Part shown: piece after piece, positions 24,419 to 33,343 of the stretch
How positions within the stretch are numbered: the first letter of the stretch is position 1
Layout: every line of letters starts with the position of its first letter
Source: an uncultured archaeon
GTDB taxonomy: Archaea; Iainarchaeota; Iainarchaeia; Iainarchaeales; Iainarchaeaceae
Length of the DNA: 43,406 nt
Assembly: GCA_964372565.1 (NCBI GenBank)
Contig: CAYJRH010000001.1
Span: 1-43,406 of the forward strand
Direction of reading: 5' to 3'
Made by a program: the position numbers and the translations under genes
The notes under the pieces: model-generated
Seen by the model: only the letters and a program-made list of their open reading frames with translations
Database searches by the model: none
What the model was told of the DNA's origin: nothing

Positions 24419-25411
24419 TCAAATCTTGAGGCTCTTCACAACATCAACGATGCGCTGCGAGTAGCCCATTTCGTTGTCGTACCACGAAACCACTTGGCAG
24501 AGGTTGCCGCCAATGACCTTTGTGAGCTTCGCGTCGAAAATCGAGGAGCGCTTGTCGCCGATGATGTCTGTTGAAACAAGGGGCTCCTCGGTGTAACCCA
24601 AAATGCCTTTGAGCCCGCCTTCGGAAGCCTTTTTCATTTCCAGATTTATTTCTTCCGCAGTGGTGGCCTTCTCGAGCTCGCATGTGACGTCAATCAGGGA
24701 GCCTGCGGGCACAGGGACCCTGATTGCCTTCCCGTCAATTTTCCCTTTGAGCGCGGGAATGACTTTCGCAGCGGCTTCGGAAGCCCCGGTTTTTGTCGGA
24801 ACTATGTTGAGGCCGGCGGCACGCGCCCTGCGAGGGTCCTCGTGCGCACCGTCAACAAGGTTCTGGTCGTGCGTGTAAGCGTGTATTGTCGTCATGAATC
24901 CCCTTTTGATGCCGAACCTGTCGTTCAGGACCTTGAGGACAGGCATGAGGCAGTTGGTTGTGCAGGAGGCGTTGTCAATGACGCCCTGAGATTTGTTCAA
25001 ATTGGCTGTGTTCACGCCGAGGACGAAGCTCTCTATATCTCCTTTTGCAGGCGCGGAAATGATCACTTTTTTTGCGCCCGCCTTTATGTGGCCTCCGGCG
25101 TCGTCCTTGCCGCGCCAAATGCCCGTGCTTTCGACAACAACGTCAACCTTGAGCTCCTTCCATGGGAGCTGCTCGGGCTTCACTCTCTGGGAAATGACCT
25201 TGACTTTCTTGCCGTCGATTACAAGCCCGTCGGAATCCGCCTTCACTTCGCCCGGGTGTTTTCCGTAAACCGAATCGTACTTGAAAAGCATCTTTGCGCT
25301 CTCGATTCCGGCGGGGTGGTTCACAACCCACTCAATGCCTTTTTCGTTTATGCCGCAGCGGAGAACAAGCTTGCCGATCCTTCCGAAACCGTTGATTGCG
25401 ACTTTTACCAA
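24419..25411 (-). CDS. gap: glyceraldehyde-3-phosphate dehydrogenase, class I (bacterial/eukaryal type)
   Basis: MVKVAINGFGRIGKLVLR and the active site ASCTTNCLMPVLKVL are present, then WYDNEMGYS at the C-terminus. The start is TTG at 25411, preceded by GGTGG. Confidence 0.95.
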   Translation of the reverse strand: MVKVAINGFGRIGKLVLRCGINEKGIEWVVNHPAGIESAKMLFKYDSVYGKHPGEVKADSDGLVIDGKKVKVISQRVKPEQLPWKELKVDVVVESTGIWRGKDDAGGHIKAGAKKVIISAPAKGDIESFVLGVNTANLNKSQGVIDNASCTTNCLMPVLKVLNDRFGIKRGFMTTIHAYTHDQNLVDGAHEDPRRARAAGLNIVPTKTGASEAAAKVIPALKGKIDGKAIRVPVPAGSLIDVTCELEKATTAEEINLEMKKASEGGLKGILGYTEEPLVSTDIIGDKRSSIFDAKLTKVIGGNLCQVVSWYDNEMGYSQRIVDVVKSLKI

Positions 25412-25474
25412 GAAACCACCCCAAAAGCGGGTTGTATGGATTAGGGAAATAGGGAATTTAAAGGTTGGTTTTTC

Positions 25475-26106
25475 CTACCCGTTTTTGGCCGGCATTGAAT
25501 ATACTGTTGCCCAGTTTCCAAACTCATCCGTAGCGTTGCCCAATTCAAGGGACAATCCAGCGTTGCGGGCCTCTGAAGGGCGAAAAACAATCTCGCCCGA
25601 AATCCCCGTAAGAATGATTTTCCCGCCCGGGGCAAGATGCCTGGCAAAAAGCCTCAAAATCATTTCCCTCTCATTATGGCGCAAGGCATTAACCAGTGCT
25701 CTATCATTACTCAACCCTTCGGCCCTTTTGTCCCTGTAGCGAATGGCGCCCGGTTCAAAGACGTAATTGGCTATTATCAGGTCAAATTTTTTCCCCGCAA
25801 ATTCCGAGCCCATGAACTGCGCAAGCTTCCTGGCTCTCACTGCTTTTGCGCCGAATTTGCTTGCAAGCATTCTGCAGAAAGGTGTTTTCTTCGCGCCATA
25901 CTCCACCACCCTTTTGACCCATTGAGCCTTTTGAGCCCGAAGAACCCCTTGATGAGCGAGAACATTGAATCGTGGGTTATTATGGGTTTGCGGCCCCTGG
26001 CCAGCAAACGGAGCGCGGCCCTGTCGGCGCGGGAGATTGGTGCAAGCCTGCGATCGGCATTACGGGCAGGCACGAACATTATCCTTGGCCTGGGTTTTGG
26101 CGCCAT
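25475..26106 (-). pseudogene. methyltransferase-like gene split over two frames (possible frameshift or assembly error)
   Basis: The downstream ORF (25475-25909) has FDLIIANYVFEP and LAPGGKIILTG, which are class I methyltransferase-like motifs, but no N-terminal region. The upstream ORF (25837-26106) is in another frame and overlaps it by 73 nt. Joined they would give about 210 aa (...GFFGLKRLNGSKG/VVEYGAKKTPF...). Confidence 0.35.
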
Positions 26107-26179
26107 ATGTTAATCAGCCATGCAATCTTTTATTAATGTTAAAAGTCTAGATTAGTCAGATTACGCTGCGGTTGTTCTC

Positions 26180-27148
26180 ATGCTCGACGTCATCTCAATC
26201 GGCTCCGCGACGGAGGATGTTTTTGTTTACCTGCCGAAGGAATTCATGGCGGGGGACAGCTGCGTGCTTTACCCCGGCACAAAAATCGAGATAGAGGGCA
26301 TGCGCTACTTCACGGGAGGGGGAGCAATCAACACATCGGTCGCGTTCGGCAGGCTGGGGTTCAGGGCTGGCATCATGTGCGCAATCGGCGAGGATGATGC
26401 AGCTGAATCAATCCTGAAGGAGCTTAAGAAGGAAAATGTGGATTGCCGGAACGCCCTTAGGATACGCGGCAGGAACACGGCTTACTCGGTCATACTCACG
26501 GGCCCGGGCAAGGACAGGATAATCCTGCATTACGGCGGCACAACCGCAATGCTTGGGCATGCGAAAATCGGCTGGAAAAAAATCAAGGCAAAATGGGTTT
26601 ACCTCTCTTCGCTGCACGCTGATGAGGATGTGCTTTGGGGCGTTGCCGGCCACGCGAAAAAAACCGGCGCGAAAATCGCGTTCAATCCCGGGCAGAAGGA
26701 GCTGGGCCTCGGCCTCGAGAAGCTCGAGGGAATTTTCGGGCACATCGACGTGCTCCTGCTGAACAACGAGGAGGCGCTGAAGCTTACCGGTTCGGTTGAC
26801 ATCCACAGGAACCTGCGCAGGCTCTCGCAGTTTGCGGATTATGCCGCGATTACGGAGGGCAAGCACGGCGCCCATGCAACTGACGGGAAAGCCATTTATT
26901 CGATGAAGCCATACGCCGTAAAGGTTGTTGACGTTACGGGAGCGGGGGACGCTTTCGGCTCGGGATTCACCGCGGCCATCATGAAGGGAAAGGGCTGCGC
27001 CGAGGCGGTGAAGTGGGGAACCGCGAACGCGAGCTCGGAAGTGATGGATTTCGGCACAAAGAGCGTGCTGCTTTCCGAATCGGGGATAAAAAAATTCGTT
27101 GCAATGCACTCGAAGAAGGAAAATAAAGTCCGGGCGGAAGAAATGTAA
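26180..27148 (+). CDS. PfkB/ribokinase-family sugar or nucleoside kinase
   Basis: The N-terminus is VISIGSATEDVF and GGGAINTSVAF is present. The C-terminal signature is VVDVTGAGDAFGSGF. Substrate is not assignable from sequence. Confidence 0.85.
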   Translation: MLDVISIGSATEDVFVYLPKEFMAGDSCVLYPGTKIEIEGMRYFTGGGAINTSVAFGRLGFRAGIMCAIGEDDAAESILKELKKENVDCRNALRIRGRNTAYSVILTGPGKDRIILHYGGTTAMLGHAKIGWKKIKAKWVYLSSLHADEDVLWGVAGHAKKTGAKIAFNPGQKELGLGLEKLEGIFGHIDVLLLNNEEALKLTGSVDIHRNLRRLSQFADYAAITEGKHGAHATDGKAIYSMKPYAVKVVDVTGAGDAFGSGFTAAIMKGKGCAEAVKWGTANASSEVMDFGTKSVLLSESGIKKFVAMHSKKENKVRAEEM

Positions 27149-27168
27149 AATGCGAAAAATCCGGCGGG

Positions 27169-28047
27169 TCATTGCTCCGTGAACCGCTCGTATTTTTCCC
27201 GGTTGAACCTGTAGAGGAAGCGCCTCACTTTTATGCCGTTGAAGGAATATTTTTCCAGCACATCCTTTCTCTGCCCGGAGAATTCGCGGAAATGCCTTTT
27301 TTGCACCGGGTCGAGCAGGAAATGGCTGCCGCGGAAGCTTGTCATTACAAAAGCGTGTGTTGCTGAGTCATCGAGCTCCGCGACAACGACTTCGGCTTCC
27401 GAATCCCCGAGCGCGGAGAGGATAGAACACAGGAAAACCGCGATGTCCTCGTCGTCCCCGATTTTCTCGGAAACGATTTCCTTTGGGGAGAGCCAGAAAG
27501 AAACGCCGATGTCGCCGCCAACATACCGGATTTCGTCCTTCACATAATTGTACACGTGCTCCGCAGCCTGCATGTAATGGCTTTCGAACTTGTAGTTCTG
27601 CTGCGTGAAGGACTGGGCAAGCGACTGTATTGTCAAATCTTCCATTGAGATGAGCGCCTTCACGTCACCGACGGTTTTTTCCTCGTGCGAGTTGATGAGC
27701 TGGGAGTAGCGCTGTATTATCAGCGAATTCAGCCTTTCTGCGGGATTGCTATGCTCAACTTCGAGTGTCTGCTGGCCGTTTTCCTGCCTGAGGCCGGAGA
27801 GCTTCTGCTTCATGGCATCGAGTTCTTTCCTGAGCTTCGCGTTTTCGAGCCTGAGGTCCGTGTAGGTTTTCCCTGAAATTCCTGAGAGGTTGCTTTTCAG
27901 CTCGGAAAGCTGGAACCAGAGCTCCTGCTTCCTCCCGGAATTTGTTTCCCCATTATAGGTTTCTTCGAGCGCGCTTATGCTCCTCAAAAGCTCCTTTTCA
28001 GCGGTGGTCCTCTTCAGCCCTTGCTTCTGCGTTGCGCCCAAAGCCAT
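27169..28047 (-). CDS. coiled-coil + transglutaminase-like (Cys-His-Asp) domain protein
   Basis: From ATG 28047 it reads MALGATQK..., with a coiled coil (LRLENAKLRKELDAMKQKLSGLRQE). The catalytic residues appear in order: Cys (DIAVFLCSILSALG), His (SATHAFVMTS), Asp (HFLLDP). The 107-aa N-terminal extension of the track ORF overlaps the vapB-2 promoter and gene. Confidence 0.6.
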   Translation of the reverse strand: MALGATQKQGLKRTTAEKELLRSISALEETYNGETNSGRKQELWFQLSELKSNLSGISGKTYTDLRLENAKLRKELDAMKQKLSGLRQENGQQTLEVEHSNPAERLNSLIIQRYSQLINSHEEKTVGDVKALISMEDLTIQSLAQSFTQQNYKFESHYMQAAEHVYNYVKDEIRYVGGDIGVSFWLSPKEIVSEKIGDDEDIAVFLCSILSALGDSEAEVVVAELDDSATHAFVMTSFRGSHFLLDPVQKRHFREFSGQRKDVLEKYSFNGIKVRRFLYRFNREKYERFTEQ

Positions 28048-28129
28048 AATTATATACATAATTTCCCTGGAAAGGGCTAAAAACCTATGCAGGGATGAAA
28101 GAGTTAAATATACGTTTAAACGTATGTTT

Positions 28130-28399
28130 ATGGGTATTTTTGTGGCTGTAAAGACCATAACAATAAAGGAATCCGTGTATGACAAGCTCGCCGGACTCAA
28201 GGGGAATGGCGAGAGCTTCAGCGACCTCTTTGAGAGGCTTGCCGAAAAGGCCAAGCCGGACATCATGAAGTATGCCGGCATCATATCGGATGATGAAGCT
28301 GAAAGGATAAGGAAATCGATGCTTGAGGGCCGCCGGTCTTTCAACCGCGATGCGGAAAGAAGGCGCAAATTGGTCGCAAAAATGATCGGGCGGGGCTAG
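28130..28399 (+). CDS. vapB: VapB-type antitoxin (paralog of 278-511)
   Basis: MGIFVAVKTITIKESVYDKLAGLKGNGESFSDLFERLAEK has the same signature as vapB-1. An alternative ATG is at 28124. The stop lies 1 nt before the PIN gene. Confidence 0.75.
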   Translation: MGIFVAVKTITIKESVYDKLAGLKGNGESFSDLFERLAEKAKPDIMKYAGIISDDEAERIRKSMLEGRRSFNRDAERRRKLVAKMIGRG

Positions 28400-28400
28400 G

Positions 28401-28790
28401 ATGCATGTCCTTGACACAGACATACTGATAAGCTTTTTCAGGAATGACGGCGCCGCAACAGGCAAAATGCACTCACTCCTTGAAAACGGGGAAGCCATTG
28501 CAACGACTGTGCTGAATGCGCAGGAGCTCCTTTTCGGGTTTGCCCATGGCAGGGAGAAGGAGCACGATTCCGCAGCTGAATTCCTTTCAAAGATTGAAAT
28601 CATTGAATACAAGCTTGGGGATGTGCATGAGGTTGTTTCCGTAAAGCTTGACCTCAAGTCTTCTGGCGCCAAGATTGGCGATTTTGACGAGGTTATTGCC
28701 GGGATCTGCCTTTCCCGGAAAGCAACAATAGTGACACGGAACGCCAAGCACTTCGGAAGGGTAAAGGGGCTGAGAGTGGAAACCTGGTGA
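28401..28790 (+). CDS. vapC: PIN-domain toxin VapC (second copy)
   Basis: MHVLDTDILISFF, NAQELLFG, DFDEVIAGICL and IVTRNAKHF supply the four acidic PIN positions in order. Confidence 0.85.
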   Translation: MHVLDTDILISFFRNDGAATGKMHSLLENGEAIATTVLNAQELLFGFAHGREKEHDSAAEFLSKIEIIEYKLGDVHEVVSVKLDLKSSGAKIGDFDEVIAGICLSRKATIVTRNAKHFGRVKGLRVETW

Positions 28791-28797
28791 GGCCGTG

Positions 28798-28938
28798 ATG
28801 CTAATGGCTGAAACTGCTGCAGTGGCACGGAAACGCGGAAATGGGTTGCGGGTGACGCTGCCTGCCGCTTTTATCAGGAAGGAAGGGTTGAAGGCGGGCG
28901 ACAGGGCAATTGCGAGCGTGAGGAAATGCGATGCCTGA
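28798..28938 (+). CDS. orphan AbrB/SpoVT-type (swapped-hairpin) antitoxin-like ORF, 46 aa, not in the ORF track
   Basis: The translation is MLMAETAAVARKRGNGLRVTLPAAFIRKEGLKAGDRAIASVRKCDA*. LRVTLPAAFIRKEGLKAGD is the classic AbrB/MazE-type motif. No toxin ORF follows. Confidence 0.55.
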   Translation: MLMAETAAVARKRGNGLRVTLPAAFIRKEGLKAGDRAIASVRKCDA

Positions 28939-28947
28939 TGCAGCGGT

Positions 28948-28984
28948 AGCCGCGCATTGGAAGGCCTTGCGGCTCCCTGTTTTT
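28948..28984 (+). terminator. hairpin plus T-tract after the vapBC-2/AbrB block
   Basis: AGCCGC...GCGGCT (28948-28974) is followed by GTTTTTG (28979-28985). Confidence 0.3.
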
Positions 28985-29028
28985 GCTATAAGAAACCTTT
29001 ATATGAAATAGCCGCGATATCAATAGGC

Positions 29029-29430
29029 ATGAAGGGGAAAGCGCAGGTCTCGGTAGAATACATAATGATTACAAGCTTTGCAATCCTTGTCGCGGCAATC
29101 ATTTTTGGCGTGGCATTCTTCTCCTTCAATGAGAATGCAAAGGTTGCGCAGGCAAGCGAAGCCGTGAAAAAAATAGCCAATTACGCGGACCTAGCCGCTT
29201 CTTTGGGGGAAGGGAGCAGAATTGCGTTTGAGGTTAATTTGCCGAATGATGTGGATTCGCTGTGCTTTGGGGAAAGGTCCGTGAACATGAAAGTTCGTTC
29301 AGGGGCAGGGCTTTCGGATGTTTATGCCAACACAAAAGTAAAGGTCGGGACAAGCGCCTGCCTTGACAGCACTTTCGGCAGGAAGCCGCTGGCGGCTGTT
29401 TTCCGGAACGGAATAGTGGTGGTGTCCTGA
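29029..29430 (+). CDS. pilin-like protein with class III signal peptide
   Basis: MKGKA|QVSVEYIMITSFAILVAAIIFGVAFF. A TATA-like CTTTATATG lies about 25-30 nt upstream. ATG 29029 is internal to the track ORF. Confidence 0.75.
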   Translation: MKGKAQVSVEYIMITSFAILVAAIIFGVAFFSFNENAKVAQASEAVKKIANYADLAASLGEGSRIAFEVNLPNDVDSLCFGERSVNMKVRSGAGLSDVYANTKVKVGTSACLDSTFGRKPLAAVFRNGIVVVS

Positions 29431-29805
29431 ATGCCAAGGGCGCAGGTTACGCTTGAGGCGGTTATCGCGGTAGTGCTGCTGCTTTTGACAGTTTTGATTG
29501 TTTTCCAGCAGTCTGCTGAAAGGGCGCGGCTCCTTGAATTCCAGAAAACTTCCGGTTTGCAGAAAACCGAGTGCGCCGCGCTGCAATCCGCGATTTCAAC
29601 CGTGCAAAGCGTCAATGAGAATTCACAGGTCGAGCTGACAATTACAGGCGATTTCAACGTCGAAAAGAATACCATAAGCTTCAGCGATTATTACTGCAAT
29701 TTCAACGGCGCGCCGACAAGTAAAAAAGTGCTTTCAAAAGGATATGTCAGGGTACAGAAGAGGGATGGAAATGTTACGGTTGAAAACTTTGCATGGCAAA
29801 ACTGA
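29431..29805 (+). CDS. pilin-like protein with class III signal peptide
   Basis: MPRA|QVTLEAVIAVVLLLLTVLIVF. The start abuts the previous stop (TGAATG). Confidence 0.7.
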   Translation: MPRAQVTLEAVIAVVLLLLTVLIVFQQSAERARLLEFQKTSGLQKTECAALQSAISTVQSVNENSQVELTITGDFNVEKNTISFSDYYCNFNGAPTSKKVLSKGYVRVQKRDGNVTVENFAWQN

Positions 29806-30346
29806 AAAAGCGGCGGCACAAAAGAATGCTGGCAGCCAAAAAGGCCAGATTGTGCTCTTCGATTTCATGATAGCCATGCTGCTTTTTGTCCTCATCTGGT
29901 TTTTCCTCAATGCGAGGTTTGACGAGCGGCTGCTTGACGATTCCAAGAAAAACTCGATAGAGCTGATGAGGCTCAAGGCTGACTATGTACTGGAAACGCT
30001 GGTGAAAACACAAGGGAGCCCTGGCAACTGGGCAGGCGCGAACATGCCCCTCACCGACATAAACAGCATAGGGCTTGCCATGAATGACAGGGAGCTTTCC
30101 GAATTGAAGCTTGTTGACTTCAACAAATTTACGGATTATGAGCTGCTCAGGCAGAAGCTCGGCATCGGGGAATACGATTTTTACTTTTCGTTTCAGGGAA
30201 TGAATTCAATAAATGCGGGGCTTCCGCCGAACGGCAACGCGAGCGAAGTGGTTGCGAAAAGGCTGGTAACGTGCAAGGCGGATGGATACGGATATTGCAA
30301 CGGGGGTGTCGGGACTGCGACTCTCAAGCTCTACAAGCTCGGATAG
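29744..30346 (+). CDS. pilin-like protein with class III signal peptide; start uncertain
   Basis: ...KNAGSQKG|QIVLFDFMIAMLLFVLIWFFL. The candidate starts (ATG 29744/29765/29771, TTG 29780/29789) all overlap the upstream gene end at 29805. Confidence 0.65.
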   Translation: MSGYRRGMEMLRLKTLHGKTEKAAAQKNAGSQKGQIVLFDFMIAMLLFVLIWFFLNARFDERLLDDSKKNSIELMRLKADYVLETLVKTQGSPGNWAGANMPLTDINSIGLAMNDRELSELKLVDFNKFTDYELLRQKLGIGEYDFYFSFQGMNSINAGLPPNGNASEVVAKRLVTCKADGYGYCNGGVGTATLKLYKLG

Positions 30347-30350
30347 GGGC

Positions 30351-32336
30351 ATGGCGTTTTCCGTTGATGTTGCGGTAGCGGTGCTCATCCTTATTTCCGC
30401 GCTGTTCCTTTTCACCAGCATGCAAAAGGAGCCCGCAACGAGCTACTCGCAGGGCGGCGCGGTTGTGGAAGATGCCTTGTTCGCGCTGGACCAGAACGGG
30501 TTCATACTGCAGACGCTTGAGTCGGAAAATATCGGCGACAAAAACACGGCAATGGATTACAGGGCCGAATCGATAAGGAACCAGATACTCGGGTTTTTGG
30601 GGCCTGGGTTTGATGCGAACGTTACAGTTACTTCTTACGACGTCAATTCTGACACCTGTTCGAAAAAAAAGACCTTTGCCGATTGCTTTAGTGATTCAAA
30701 CAAGCATATTGGGTATGGCCTGTCCAATTCCAATAACTTTACCGGAGAATCGACTTCTGGAAAAAAATATTACCTCAAGAAGGATGTCGGCGGGACGTGC
30801 GACTTCAATTCAAGCTTGGTGCCGCTGTTCAGCGAGAATGAAGGCCCAGTATTTTATTTTCCGGAAATAAAGAGGCCGGATTTGGCATTTTCAGAGGCGT
30901 TTTTTGCGGCCCCTAACATAAAGCTTGATGTGAATGTGTCGCCAAGCGGCGGTTCAATATCTTGTGACCAGAATATTTATGTTACACTGGACGCATCAAC
31001 AAGCGACATCAACAGGCTGCCGGTTGACGTGGTTTTGACAATGGACAGGAGCACCGGCGCCCTCACAGCCGGAGAAAGGGCGGCAGCAACTGCGTTTATT
31101 TCAGATGCAAACTGGGATGGCTCAGGAGCCACTTCAACAAAAGGAGACCAGGCAGGGGGCGTAGGTTATGCGAACCTCGACCCCGAACCGGCAAATAAGT
31201 GCGTAACCGAATTTGTAGGAAACATGAATTCGCTGCAGAACAGTTTCATTGACAAGCTCGGGGTTTTGGGAAACTGCAACGTTCTCAATGGCAATGAAAT
31301 CAGCGGCGGAATACGCGCCGCGAACAACATTCTGAATCCGGCGCTATCTCCTGCACAAAAGCACGGAAGGCCAACTAGCGCGAAGTTCATTCTGCTCCTT
31401 GCAGACGGGACTGACAATGAGGCTGATGCAAATGCCGCCGCATACCAATCCAAGGCCCTTGGAGCAAGGATATTTGCAATCGGCTTCTCTTCAAGCGCAA
31501 ATAAAGGGCTCCTAAAAGGCCTCACGAAAATCACTGGCGGCGAGTATTTTGACGCAAATGACCCAAATGCGCTGAGTTCCCTTTTCCTTTACATTGGCTC
31601 AAGAATCAGGGTTTACGCCAGCTCTACAGATTCAAATGTCAATGTGCCTTTGCAGGGCGGAATGGTGCTTGACAAGAACACGGCAATATGCTATCCGAAC
31701 CCAAACACCTGTGACACCAACATAATGTTCAATTCTGGCCCCATCACGCCATGGAGCCCTTGGCACGGCACATATACGTTGAATTTCCCGTGCGACCTTG
31801 CGCCTGTTTGCAATGCGCAGTTCTTTGACATTCCTGGCGCTCAACTAATAGTCAAATCTGGCGGCACAACATACACTTATGACTTCAACAAAGTCCGGGT
31901 GAACTTCAAGACAAGAGACTTGAATATTTCTATACTGGGTGGAAGAACCCTTGACCCGGGGGAAGCGGAGCTTTACGTCAGCGTCCGGAATATGCGGGAG
32001 CTTGATACGAATGCGACTAGCCTGAAGCTTTACTTCAACAACGACAACAGCTTCACTTCAGCGAGCCCGATTTTGCCGTCGCCGACCGCAACAGTCCCGC
32101 CATTGTGCGGAAGCAATGACACACATGCATACTGCGGTTCGGAGAGTGCTTGGTTGTATAACGCGCAGATATCGTTCCCAATATCTGATCAGACGTATAT
32201 TTACGCCACTGTAAATGAAAGTAATGACCCTCTTGGATACCAGAGGGAATGCCCGCCGAACATTTCGCTTGTAAAATGCGCCGGAGGCGGGCAGCTCAGG
32301 GTGTATGTTGTTGAATACACGGTCTGGAGGGCATAA
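30351..32336 (+). CDS. pilus-associated von Willebrand factor A (vWA) domain protein with N-terminal hydrophobic helix
   Basis: MAFSVDVAVAVLILISALFLF forms the N-terminal helix. The vWA domain reads VDVVLTMDRSTGAL (MIDAS-like D-x-S-x-G), AKFILLLADGTDNE, ARIFAIGFSSS and GGEYFDAN. An upstream in-frame GTG at 30306 or ATG at 30282 would add a leader ending ...DRG|M. Confidence 0.75.
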   Translation: MAFSVDVAVAVLILISALFLFTSMQKEPATSYSQGGAVVEDALFALDQNGFILQTLESENIGDKNTAMDYRAESIRNQILGFLGPGFDANVTVTSYDVNSDTCSKKKTFADCFSDSNKHIGYGLSNSNNFTGESTSGKKYYLKKDVGGTCDFNSSLVPLFSENEGPVFYFPEIKRPDLAFSEAFFAAPNIKLDVNVSPSGGSISCDQNIYVTLDASTSDINRLPVDVVLTMDRSTGALTAGERAAATAFISDANWDGSGATSTKGDQAGGVGYANLDPEPANKCVTEFVGNMNSLQNSFIDKLGVLGNCNVLNGNEISGGIRAANNILNPALSPAQKHGRPTSAKFILLLADGTDNEADANAAAYQSKALGARIFAIGFSSSANKGLLKGLTKITGGEYFDANDPNALSSLFLYIGSRIRVYASSTDSNVNVPLQGGMVLDKNTAICYPNPNTCDTNIMFNSGPITPWSPWHGTYTLNFPCDLAPVCNAQFFDIPGAQLIVKSGGTTYTYDFNKVRVNFKTRDLNISILGGRTLDPGEAELYVSVRNMRELDTNATSLKLYFNNDNSFTSASPILPSPTATVPPLCGSNDTHAYCGSESAWLYNAQISFPISDQTYIYATVNESNDPLGYQRECPPNISLVKCAGGGQLRVYVVEYTVWRA

Positions 32337-32338
32337 AC

Positions 32339-33343
32339 ATGCGGAAAGGCATGCTGTTTTCCCTGATGGTTTTCCTGCTGATTTCGATGATATTCGGCCT
32401 TTACATCATATCATCCGACCAGGATTACTCGGTGAACGAGAGCGTGAGTTCGCTGAACGCTTTCAGGCGGGTTTCTGATAAATATGCGAACATACGGAAC
32501 AGCATAGTTGTGCTGAATGCGAATGAGGCGCAGAAGCAGATTTCGCAGAGGATGCTGCCTTTCACTTATGGCATTGACGGCAATGTTTTTTCCGCGCAAT
32601 TTGACACGCCGATTTCCCAGGGGAGGGTAAAAACTTACCTCGAATCGCTCGAGGTATTCAGGATTTTTGTCGAGGACTCGAATTATGAGAAACAGTTTGA
32701 GGGTTTGAATGTTGATGTCAATAGCTCTGGGAATGCTGCGCTTCAGGACGGCAACTGGGACACGAACAGGACGCACGCCTCTTTTTTGGTGCAGCCGCAG
32801 TGCCTCCAGTACACTATAAATGACAAAAACACGATTTTTGGTTTCTCGTGCCCCGACTACAATTTTTCGAATGTGGGGAGAATTGACGTGAACTTCACTT
32901 TTTCAAGCGTGGATTTCAACTCCACATGGTGCGAAATGAATATTGGGGCAGGGCTGCCGTCGGAGAAATCGGATTATTGCTACAATTTCAACCAGGCGTA
33001 CAATCCCGCAGATGGCAACACTTTTGTGAACATCACTCTTTTGGACTCTAACTGCTCACAGTGCGCTCTGGCTGGATTCGGGAACCCGAAAAAAATCAGC
33101 GCGAACTTGAATCCGGCATATCCAAGCAGAATTAAAATAAAATGTGTGCAAAGCGGAGGTGCTGCGTGCACTACACATGACCTGGGCATGAATTTTGGCG
33201 GCACAGTGGCGATTTCATATTCCGGGACAAAGATACCGACAAATGTCTCGCTGACATTTGATTCGCCTATAACCAGCTTCACTTACAGCGACGCCAGCAT
33301 TTCCGTGCGGAACGAAATCTTCGGCACGCGGAGATGGAACTGA
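32339..33343 (+). CDS. pilus-locus protein with a short leader and hydrophobic N-terminus (minor pilin-like)
   Basis: MRKG|MLFSLMVFLLISMIFGLYII. The remaining 300 aa or so are Asn/Ser-rich and extracellular-looking, with several Cys. Confidence 0.6.
   Translation: MRKGMLFSLMVFLLISMIFGLYIISSDQDYSVNESVSSLNAFRRVSDKYANIRNSIVVLNANEAQKQISQRMLPFTYGIDGNVFSAQFDTPISQGRVKTYLESLEVFRIFVEDSNYEKQFEGLNVDVNSSGNAALQDGNWDTNRTHASFLVQPQCLQYTINDKNTIFGFSCPDYNFSNVGRIDVNFTFSSVDFNSTWCEMNIGAGLPSEKSDYCYNFNQAYNPADGNTFVNITLLDSNCSQCALAGFGNPKKISANLNPAYPSRIKIKCVQSGGAACTTHDLGMNFGGTVAISYSGTKIPTNVSLTFDSPITSFTYSDASISVRNEIFGTRRWN

Noticed and set aside
28048-28368. 107-aa N-terminal extension of the transglutaminase-like ORF (track start 28368).
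   Set aside because: The extension runs antisense through the vapB-2 gene and its promoter and translates as low-complexity Ser/Leu-rich sequence. The start was reset to ATG 28047.
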